64,000 nt of DNA from Candidatus Multivorans thiocomprendens (GTDB taxonomy: Bacteria > Acidobacteriota > Thermoanaerobaculia > Multivoradales > Multivoraceae), in assembly GCA_027493375.1 (NCBI GenBank), contig JAPVWO010000059.1:6507-70506 (forward strand). Direction: 5' to 3'. The notes under the pieces were generated by a model. That model was not told the DNA's origin. It saw only the letters and a list, made by a program, of their open reading frames with translations, and made no database searches. The position numbers and the translations under genes are program-made. Of the stretch, positions 1 through 8,400 are shown one piece after another; the stretch's first letter is position 1; every line of letters starts with the position of its first letter.

Positions 1-186
1 CCACAGAGGTTCGCCGACCTGGAGTGGCGTCATCGCCTCGGCCAGAAAGGCGAAGGCGTCCACGAAGCTGCTCTTGCCCGAGCCGTTCCTGCTGGCGAGA
101 AACATCGGATTGGCGAGGACCACCTCTTCGGAAGACGGGCTCCGGGAGCGGTGAAGAAGAAGCCGATTCAAGACCGGGCCCGTCAT
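1..186 (-). CDS. P-loop ATPase, N-terminal fragment; the gene continues beyond the window edge
   Basis: Reverse-strand ATG at 184-186, 4 nt downstream of the methyltransferase stop. Translation MTGPVLNRLLLHRSRSPSSEEVVLANPMFLASRNGSGKSSFVDAFAFLAEAM contains a Walker A motif (NGSGKSS) of the AAA_15/OLD-like 'GxNGSGKS' kind. Confidence 0.5.
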   Translation of the reverse strand, partial: MTGPVLNRLLLHRSRSPSSEEVVLANPMFLASRNGSGKSSFVDAFAFLAEAMTPLQVGEPLW

Positions 187-190
187 GGGG

Positions 191-3160
191 TCACCTTGGC
201 ACCGCCAGCAGCATGGCGTCGAGGAGCCGTTTCTCGGTTGAGCCGCGAGGGTAGAGGGCCGAGAGGGCGTTGGCGAGACGCAGGAAGTAGGGGCCGCGCT
301 CTTGCTCCGCCTCGATCAGGCGGCGCAACGCATTCGCGTGGCCGTTTGATTGGAGCAGCATGGCGGCGTGAACTCGGTCGAGTGTCGTGGCGCCTGCCGG
401 GTCGAGGGCCGGGTCCGCGTCCAGCCGGACTTGCCTTCTGCGGCCGCTGCCGGCATTTCGGCGACCCCGCCGAGATACCTGCGGAGCAGCCGCTTCTGGG
501 AACAAGACCTGTTGAAGACTCCCGATCGGGTCGCGCTCGATGACGACCGCGGCTTTAGCGGTGCCGTCATCGCCGAAGAGTTCGCGCGCCCGCTCCGTAA
601 CCGGTAGCAGGCGTACGACGCCCTTCTTCTGGACGACGATGCGGCCCGTCCAGGCACCAAGGTCGATGCCCATCGGCTGGGCGAAACGGCGGACGACATC
701 AAATGGAAGGCTGAAGCCTTTAGAAGCGGCCTTGGCGACGGTAGCGCGGGCGTGTACTTGCTTCCTTAGGGCCTCATCTGTCGGGTCAGTAAGCTGCACG
801 GTCCAGAGGAAGAGTGCGGTCAACCGGGCGTCCTCTTCCAGATTCCGGGCGAACTCCTCGCGACCGACCTCACTACCGTGCTTGAGCACCTGCCTCAACG
901 CCGCTCTCGCGACCTCCTCCCAGACCTTCTCGAGATACTCCGGTAGGCCCACAGTGGAACCCTCCGCGGTTTCGACCCGCCCGTACCGACTGAAGATCTC
1001 GAGCGCGGGGCCGATGCAAGAGAAGACCAGATCCGCGCCGCGGACGCCTTCCCCCTGTAGGCGTTTCATGGAGTCGGCGACGCGAACGGGCAACTCGCGT
1101 AGGACATCGGCCCAATCGCCAGCAGGGCTACCTATAGCACGTGGTCGGCAGACGAGATGCACACTTGTCGCCAGAGCCGCCGAGTCTCGAGCCCGGATGC
1201 GATGAGGCATCTCCGTTGCTATGGGCCACGACGCGGTAATCGTCCAGCCACCGCCAATCATCCCGGAGAGAAAGGCCTCCCAGCCTTCTGTTGTCTGATG
1301 CGCGAACACGACCGCGCCGATACCGTTCCCCTGTAGAATGCGCCTGCCTTCGATAAACGACTGCTCCATCGCTCGGTTGAAGAACAGCGCATCTTTGGGA
1401 CGACCGTCAACGGCTTTCGAAGAGTCTTGAACCGCCTCTTGGCGCTTTGGAGAGAGAGGATTGTCAGGGTCAAAGGAGTCTCGCAGCAGAGGATGCCCCG
1501 GCAAACTTCGCTTTAGCCAGACCAAGAACGCGTCAGCGAGGTCAGCGTAGGGAATGGCGTCATAGTATGGCGGATCCGTGAAGAAAAGAGATGCCGAGTT
1601 GTCTGGAAGTGGGGACCGTTGAGCCATGGCTTGACTTGCCTGGCCGACGCGTGGGGGAGCCACGTCAGCGGAGCGGATGCCGGCACGAAGGTTGGCTGTA
1701 CACTTCTCCAGCGACCCACTTGATTGGCTTAGCGGGCACGCCTCCACGAAGTCCCAACTCATCTTCAATCTTCCCAGTTTGAGAACTGCTGAGGGACATT
1801 CTTGGCCAGGCATCCAGGAGCAAAGGCTGTTTCCGAGGTCAACTAGCTTGCCAATCGCCAAGGCCGAAGCGTCGATGGAGCGCTGGTCGACAGTGGCGGT
1901 CGCTAGAGCCAAGGCAGAGTGGGCTACTGCTTGCCGAGCCGTGAACAAGTCGGACCAACGGCGCATCCCGTACCGTTGAACACGGAAACCAAGAGTGCCG
2001 ATTGGCGGTAGTGGTTCGTCAGGCACCGGGCACAGGCCCTGTCTTCCACCGGAGTCCCAATCGTCTCGGATGGCCGAAAGCAGCATCTGGGACCGAAAGA
2101 CCGGGGCGTAGTCGGCCTCTGTCGGTTCTCTGTAGAGCCTGCCGGGCTTGCCAGACTTGAGTGTGACCACCGCGAGCAGTCGCGCCCCACTGGTCCGCCC
2201 GCCTTCGGAATCGAAAGCCGGGTCGGCTCCGCCGCGCTGAGCGACGAGCTGTGCCTTCACCCGTTCCGGGGACAGGACGCTGGGACAACACAAGCACGAC
2301 GCCTTGGCGCGCGTAATGTTGGCGCGGCGCACGTCGCCTTCGGCCTGCGGCTCGAAAATCTCGAACTCGACCTGCGGCGGCTGTCCCGAAAGGCGTCTAG
2401 TCCGCGGACGCAGGGCTCGCCTGCGGTTGGGCTTCTTGCATAGCCAGAATGAACGCAAGAGCGGAAGCTCGGCGCCGCAGTCAGGCGCTTCGCAGCGCAC
2501 GGTGCGGGCCCAGAGATAGGCGATCGGTTCTGCACCATCCGGGTCGGCTGGATAGAGGTCGGCGAGCTTCTGTGTGGCTTGTTCCTGGATCTCCGACCCC
2601 AAGCGGCGAAGGGTGCCGGTTAGGCCGGGTCCGTGCCGCGGAAGGTCCTCCAGAATGACCTTTAGGATGAGGCATGCCACTGGGTTCAGATCGCTGGCGA
2701 AAGCGTCGCAGCCGAGCCGCAGGGCCTCTAGGGGTATTGAACCGCCGCCGGCGAAGGGGTCTACGACGAGCGGGGCACGTTCGCCGTGAGCCGCAAGCAG
2801 TAGGTTCCGGGCGACCCGAACGTAGGTCGGTTCCCCTGCCATGTCCCAGTTCGCGAAGGCTCCGATGAACCAAAGAAGAGCCTTCTTGGTCTCCTCGTCG
2901 TCGGTGGGCGGCTGCCGCACCTCCTTGAGGATTCCACGCGCCTGCTGTTTGAAAGCCTCGGGACAAAGAGGATCGCAAGGGTCCGGCAGTAGCAGGGCCA
3001 TCAGCATCGCCCGGGACGACGCCAATGGCCGTCGCGCCCACCACAGGTGGATCGTCGACGGATGTCCGTGCCGGATCGACTTCTCGCGCACTGCGTGCCG
3101 CGAGACCTCGGCGATCGGGAAGTCGACCTCAGCGAGGCGCTTGCACTCGCGGGGGATCAA
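191..3160 (-). CDS. DUF1156-family DNA methyltransferase, N6-adenine/N4-cytosine class, 989 aa, probably TTG start
   Basis: N-terminus MIPRECKRLAEVDFPIAEVSRHAVREKSIRHGHPSTIHLWWARRP is the DUF1156 signature. Motif I VVDPFAGGGSIP and motif IV FFTDPPYYD are both visible. The start overlaps the stop of the upstream small ORF (TTGA). Confidence 0.8.
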   Translation of the reverse strand: MIPRECKRLAEVDFPIAEVSRHAVREKSIRHGHPSTIHLWWARRPLASSRAMLMALLLPDPCDPLCPEAFKQQARGILKEVRQPPTDDEETKKALLWFIGAFANWDMAGEPTYVRVARNLLLAAHGERAPLVVDPFAGGGSIPLEALRLGCDAFASDLNPVACLILKVILEDLPRHGPGLTGTLRRLGSEIQEQATQKLADLYPADPDGAEPIAYLWARTVRCEAPDCGAELPLLRSFWLCKKPNRRRALRPRTRRLSGQPPQVEFEIFEPQAEGDVRRANITRAKASCLCCPSVLSPERVKAQLVAQRGGADPAFDSEGGRTSGARLLAVVTLKSGKPGRLYREPTEADYAPVFRSQMLLSAIRDDWDSGGRQGLCPVPDEPLPPIGTLGFRVQRYGMRRWSDLFTARQAVAHSALALATATVDQRSIDASALAIGKLVDLGNSLCSWMPGQECPSAVLKLGRLKMSWDFVEACPLSQSSGSLEKCTANLRAGIRSADVAPPRVGQASQAMAQRSPLPDNSASLFFTDPPYYDAIPYADLADAFLVWLKRSLPGHPLLRDSFDPDNPLSPKRQEAVQDSSKAVDGRPKDALFFNRAMEQSFIEGRRILQGNGIGAVVFAHQTTEGWEAFLSGMIGGGWTITASWPIATEMPHRIRARDSAALATSVHLVCRPRAIGSPAGDWADVLRELPVRVADSMKRLQGEGVRGADLVFSCIGPALEIFSRYGRVETAEGSTVGLPEYLEKVWEEVARAALRQVLKHGSEVGREEFARNLEEDARLTALFLWTVQLTDPTDEALRKQVHARATVAKAASKGFSLPFDVVRRFAQPMGIDLGAWTGRIVVQKKGVVRLLPVTERARELFGDDGTAKAAVVIERDPIGSLQQVLFPEAAAPQVSRRGRRNAGSGRRRQVRLDADPALDPAGATTLDRVHAAMLLQSNGHANALRRLIEAEQERGPYFLRLANALSALYPRGSTEKRLLDAMLLAVPR

Positions 3161-3354
3161 AGGCGTTCCTCGACCCAGCGAACGACGCTCCTGGAAAGCT
3201 GGAGGTGTTCGAGAAGTACGCCCTGCTGGCGCGGCCCCGTCTCGCCCCGCGCCGCCGAGCCGAACAGGATGATCTTGTCCGGTTCGGCGACCTCGACTAT
3301 GCGCCTGACGATCTCGTTCGACGTTCCCTGATCGACTGTGGGTCCCTGGTTCAT
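3157..3354 (-). CDS. Small translationally coupled ORF (65 aa) with a degenerate minimal-nucleotidyltransferase (MNT-like) motif
   Basis: Its ATG overlaps the DUF262 gene stop (ATGA) and its TGA overlaps the methyltransferase TTG start (TTGA). Sequence IVRRIVEVAEPDKIILFGSAARGE matches the NTase hG[GS] strand, but the downstream catalytic DxD is replaced (GVLLEH). Confidence 0.4.
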   Translation of the reverse strand: MNQGPTVDQGTSNEIVRRIVEVAEPDKIILFGSAARGETGPRQQGVLLEHLQLSRSVVRWVEERL

Positions 3355-5465
3355 GTGGAGCGTCCCCACCGGCGGCCGACGTAGGCGACGGCCTCGTTCA
3401 CGGGCAGCGCCTTGGTCGCGTTGCCGCTGCGCACGTAGAACAGCGCTTGGTTGGGATGTTCTACGTAGATCGGATGATCGCTCGGTTCCACGGTAACCTG
3501 ACAGACATCTTCACCGTCGATTTCGTGGAAGTTGACCGTCAGGAAGGACGCCGCCGCGGCTTCACCCAGATCCCGTTCCACGACTTGGCGGAGGTGGAGC
3601 TCAAGACCGTCGCGGTCCGGTTTCTTTAGAGTGCCGTAGTCGGTGCCTACTCCGACCGGCAGACCGGCATCGTCAACGCCGATCAGCAGCGTTCCGCCGT
3701 CGGCGTTCAGGAACCCGGCGATCGTCTTGACCACGGTGCCTTCGAGCGCCTTGTTGACTCGTTCTTCCCGGCGGTCCCAGCGGAGGCTCGACTTGAACTC
3801 GACCAGTTCGTTCTCTCCTTCGGCCAGCAGGCGCCGGGCGCCCTGTTCGTCGATGGCATCCGGATCGGTGTCCGGTATCCAGCTCGCGATGAAGTCGTTC
3901 ATCGCCTGGGCCAGAAGGCGGCGCCGCTCGGCGAGAAAGGCGAGGAAGTTCTCGGTCGTCCAGAGTTCCCGGTTCAGCGGAATCGACTGGGCCTGGAGCG
4001 CCCCGGGTTGAAGCGTCTCGATCTCCGGCAGGTACTCGGTAGGCGGCAGGTTGCGCCGGTCCTTGGGCGGCTTGGTGCCGAGTGCGGCCCGGTTACCCAC
4101 GGCGTTGATTCGGGCGTTGTCGTCGAACCCGTGCTGCCGGAGCAGCTTGCCGGGGAAGATGTAGTGCCGTTCCTCCTTCTGGCTTGCTGCGGTCGCACTG
4201 TCGAAGATCGGAATACCCGTGAACCAGTCCCGTGCGCCCCGGGAGCGCGCAACGACCCGGCTCAGCCGGGCCACGGCGGAGTTGATCCCCGCCCGCTCGA
4301 GATCGGCCGCTTCCAAGGTGGTTCTTCCGCGTTCGCGGAGGATGGCTGCTTCGAGTTCGTGCGTTGGGTCGAGGTCCTTGCCCGTTACCAGGGCGACATC
4401 CTGCTGGAGTTTCGTCTCGCTGGCCCCGGAGTAGCGGGTCCACAGGCCGGCAAGGTGAACCCAGCGAATGAACCGGTGCCGGATCGCCTCGCTGGGAAAG
4501 CGCCCGCCTTGCCCGGCGAGGTAGACGGTGGCCGGCACCAGCACGTAGTTCGTCGCCAAGTCCCCCAGGCCGCGAACGAACGTCTCGTGACGCAGGACGC
4601 TCGCCAGATGCTCGAAGGCCGGCTGCATTCTCTTCCACGCGCTCTGCAGTTCGTCGGGCGGCGTCCTCAGGAATACTCCTTCGAGCAACACCGAACCGGT
4701 TGCTACGCCCGCCAGACAGCGCACCAGGAAGTTCAGGTCGACTCCGAATCCGCGTTCCCCCATCTTCGCGCTGAAGGCTCGCAGTTCTCCGCGGGCCTCG
4801 GGCCACAGGCCGCAAATGTGGGCAAGAGCGAGGTCGGCCTTGGTCAGGGGCGTGCCCTTGCTGTTGACGCGGTTGAAGATGTCGACGACCTCGTCGACAG
4901 TGAATTCGTCTCCGGAGACCTCGTCTACGGTGTAGGTGTAGTCGCGGACCTTGTCCAGGCGTCCCAACCGGGCGAGGTTGCTCTGGAAGACCGCGCGCCG
5001 CTCCATCTCCAGCTCCTCGATCCGTTCGAGCAGGCCGGTAAGACCCTCCTTCAGGAACTCGTGGACGCCGATCCAGGCCGGGTCGTTCTGCATTCGCGAC
5101 CGTTGCCAGAACCTGAACTCCTCGGTTTGGACGTTGAAGTACAGGTCAAAGAAGAGGGACTCGCCTTCGTAGAAGTCGGGTGCTTCGCCAGCGAAGAGCA
5201 CGTACAGGGTGGTCAGCCGCTGCTGGCCGTCGAGGAGCAGGAGCGTGTGGCCGTCGCGGGGCGGTGCGGCGCCTCGTACTAGCGAGGGCTTGTACGTGCT
5301 CCAGATGAGCAGATGTCCGGTCGGGTGTCTGCGATACAGGGAGTGCAGAAGGCTCCGAACCTGGTTCCGATTCCACACATAGCCGCGCTGGAACTCGGGC
5401 AGCAGGATCTCGCCGCGGCGGATCTGGTTCAACAGTTCCGATATCGATCTCGTCTGGTGCATCAC
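3351..5465 (-). CDS. DUF262 (ParB/GmrS-like NTPase) - DUF1524 (HNH/His-Me nuclease, GmrD-like) - C-terminal Schlafen/AlbA_2 domain fusion protein, 704 aa
   Basis: N-terminus ELLNQIRRGEILLPEFQRGYVWN plus DGQQRLTTL is the DUF262 signature. A mid-region EERHYIFP...N...GN...N fits DUF1524. The C-terminus ELVEFKSSL...TIAGFLNADGGTLLIGVDD matches AlbA_2/SLFN-like. GTG start overlaps the SNF2 gene stop (GTGA). Confidence 0.8.
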   Translation of the reverse strand: MMHQTRSISELLNQIRRGEILLPEFQRGYVWNRNQVRSLLHSLYRRHPTGHLLIWSTYKPSLVRGAAPPRDGHTLLLLDGQQRLTTLYVLFAGEAPDFYEGESLFFDLYFNVQTEEFRFWQRSRMQNDPAWIGVHEFLKEGLTGLLERIEELEMERRAVFQSNLARLGRLDKVRDYTYTVDEVSGDEFTVDEVVDIFNRVNSKGTPLTKADLALAHICGLWPEARGELRAFSAKMGERGFGVDLNFLVRCLAGVATGSVLLEGVFLRTPPDELQSAWKRMQPAFEHLASVLRHETFVRGLGDLATNYVLVPATVYLAGQGGRFPSEAIRHRFIRWVHLAGLWTRYSGASETKLQQDVALVTGKDLDPTHELEAAILRERGRTTLEAADLERAGINSAVARLSRVVARSRGARDWFTGIPIFDSATAASQKEERHYIFPGKLLRQHGFDDNARINAVGNRAALGTKPPKDRRNLPPTEYLPEIETLQPGALQAQSIPLNRELWTTENFLAFLAERRRLLAQAMNDFIASWIPDTDPDAIDEQGARRLLAEGENELVEFKSSLRWDRREERVNKALEGTVVKTIAGFLNADGGTLLIGVDDAGLPVGVGTDYGTLKKPDRDGLELHLRQVVERDLGEAAAASFLTVNFHEIDGEDVCQVTVEPSDHPIYVEHPNQALFYVRSGNATKALPVNEAVAYVGRRWGRST

Positions 5466-8400
5466 ATGGTTCCTGTCGGATCGGTCTGGCGCAGTGCGTC
5501 AACATCCAAATGGTAGTGCGCCACCTTCGTGACGTCGCGCCACGGAAACCGGGCGGGATCGTGAACCGGTTCCTGTAGCTGGGGAGTCTTCGCGCAGTCG
5601 GTGACCACGTAGAGCCAGTAGCAGTCCCGCCGATCCTCGGCGACGCGCCGCTCGTTCGGTGTAAGCAGGACACTCCCCTTCGTGCCGGCAAGACCCTTGA
5701 TCTCGATCAGGCGGAGTTCACCGGATTCCAGGTCGAGGCTGGTGATGTCGTAGCCGAGATTCTGCTGGTGAACGTCCTCGACGTGGCGGCCCCGCGCCTT
5801 CTCGTGTTCGATGACGATCTGCATGGCGGTCATTTCGGTCTCGGGGTGGGGGCGGAGATTCCTGAGGTCGGGCGCGTTCCTGTCGGGGTGGGGCAGGATG
5901 AGCGCGCTCGCCAGGCGTTCCACCGCCTGCAGGGTCACGGCTCGCTGCCGGTCGAGTTCGTCGCGGCGTTGGTCTCGTCGGGCCAGCAGTTCGGCATGGC
6001 GGTTCTCGGCCCGGGCCAGACGGCCCTGGGCGCCTTGCACGTCTTGCTGCGTCTCCTGGGCCGCATGGCCGATCTCGTCGTCGGTCCGCTGGATGGCGGC
6101 GGTCAGCGAGAGGCCGACGTGCTCGGCGATCCGCTCGACTTCTTCGAGGCGTTCGTCCCGGACTTCGCGCAGGAACGGACGGAGCGCGTTCTCGTCCAGC
6201 CAGGCGGTTGCCTCCGGGAGGAATGCCGCTGCGGGGAGTGGTTCCGGGGAAGAAGCAGGCGTCAGGTTGCCGAGCGCGTCCGGAGCCCGAAGCCGAGGGG
6301 GACCGTCTGGTTGGAGTTCCAGGGCGAACAGCCGCTCATGGATCACCTTGCCGAGGCCGTCCACGACGCGGGCTCGATAGAAGTCGAGGCGCGCCGGCGC
6401 CTCGTGGGCGATGGAGTGGAAGCACGCGCCCCGGGCGAGGGAGTCCTGGCCCTGGTCGAGGCTGTGCAGCCGCAGGGCCTCGAAGAGCGGGTGGCCGGGC
6501 GTAACCCACTCGAGGCTGTGCTGTTCCGCCGTGTGGCGGTCAGTGGACAGGCGCGGATAGCGTGCCGCCAGCTCGGGCCGCCTCCAACTGGGCCGGCGCT
6601 CGTACTTCTTGAGGTCGAGGGGCGTGCGCCCGGGGTCGAAGCCGTGAGGCAGGTTGGTGACAGGCCTGAGCCGGAGGTTCGCGTTGCTCGCCGTCTCGCC
6701 GATGAACCGCGCGATCGTCTCCGGGACCACGCGGCGCTCCCGCGCCCTGGCCTGACGTTCGACGAGCATGTCGAGATTGAGCTTCCTGGACGCGAGGCCT
6801 TCGAGCGCCGTCTGACAGATGTCGCGGAAGCGGCCCTCGTCCACGTTCCTCAGGAGCCGGTCTTCGAGGTCGGCATCCCCGAGCTTCCCGGCGTAGTAGT
6901 CGCGCAGCGTCCGCTCGACCTGGGCCGACGGCAGAATCTCGCCGACCACGTTAAACACCGCGTCGTCGTCGAGCGCGTCGCGGATCTTCTGGAGCTTCTG
7001 AAGCAGCCGTTGGAGCACCCGGCCTTCGATCGTATTCGTGGCCACGAAGTTGAAGATCAGGCAGTCGTGCTTCTGTCCATAGCGGTGGATGCGGCCCATT
7101 CGCTGTTCGAGCCGGTTCGGATTCCAGGGAATGTCGTAGTTGAAGAGGATGTGGCAGCACTGCAGGTTGATGCCTTCGCCGGCCGCTTCGGTGGCGACCA
7201 GGACCTGGATTGCACCTTCGCGGAACTGCTGTTCGGTGTAGAGCCGCGTCCCTGGTTCGTCGCGGGACCCCGGCTTCATGCTGCCGTGGATGCAGCCGGC
7301 GCTGAAGCCCCAGGTTCTCAGGTGACCGAGGAGGTGATCCAGGGTGTCCTTGAACTCGGTGAAGATCAGTAGGCGTTGGTCGGGCCGGTCGAAGAACCCC
7401 TCGTCCCGCAGCACCTGTCTGAGGTGCCCCAGCTTCGCCTCGTTCCCGGCGCCTTCGACCGCCGCCGCTTCTTCGGCCAGTTGGCGAAGTTCGTCGATCT
7501 CCTCGCCCACCTGCTCGGCGTTGCCGGTCAGCGTGATCGCTTCGAGCAGCCGCTCCAGTTCCTCGCGTGCGGCGTCCTCGAACTCTTCGAGTTCCTCGGC
7601 CGTAGGGAGAATCGGGGGCGCTGCCACGACGATGTCCTCCGCTTCCGTGAGCGCCTTCTCCAGGCGCGTGGCGCGGTTCTCGAGTGAACGCCGCATGGCG
7701 TAGGTGCTCGAGGCGAGACGCCTCTGGTAGAGAGCCATCAGGAAGCCGACGGCGCGCGCCCTGGGGTCGTCGCCGCGGGCCGCGGCGAGGCGGCTCTGCC
7801 GCTTCACGAACCGTGTCACGCGGTCGTAGAGGTCAAACTCCGGGCCGTCGATGGCGAAGTCGGCTGTGCGCGGGATTCGCTTCGTGAACACCGGTTTCGC
7901 CGCCCATGAGCCGTCCTCCTGCCGGTCGGGGAAGTAGACCATGGCCTCCTTGGTGCGGCGGAGATAGAAGGGGGCCCTGCGTTGGTTCATGGCGGCTCGA
8001 ATCGACGTTACGTCGGCGTAGACGTCCCGATCGAGTAACTGAAGGAACAGGCTGAAGTTCTTCGGATCGCCCTTGTGCGGCGTCGCGGTCAGCAGCAGGA
8101 TGTGGTCCGCGCGGTCGCGGAGCAGTTCTCCCAGCTTGTAGCGGAGGCTCTTGTGGCTCTCGTCCCGCGCCGACATGCGGTGCGCCTCGTCGACGATCAC
8201 GAGGTCCCAGTGAACCTGTTCGAGTCCGGGCAGGATCTCGTCGCGCTTCGCCAGATCGAGCGACGTGATGATCTGGTTCCGCTCCATCCATTGGTTGACG
8301 CCGAACTGGTCGCGGATGTCGCTGCCCTTGAGGACGATGAACTTCTCGTCGAACTTCTCGCTCAGTTCGCGCTGCCATTGGAACGTCAGGTTCGCCGGGC

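Noticed and set aside
5768-7372. 534-aa plus-strand ORF, and similar long ORFs at 10888-12384, 11498-13369, 12442-14853, 15310-16389, 34284-36206, 36834-38346 and 41075-43222
   Set aside because: They are antisense to well-supported genes, have low-complexity Arg/Gly/Ala-rich translations, and show no domain signatures. They are typical spurious ORFs in roughly 68% GC DNA.
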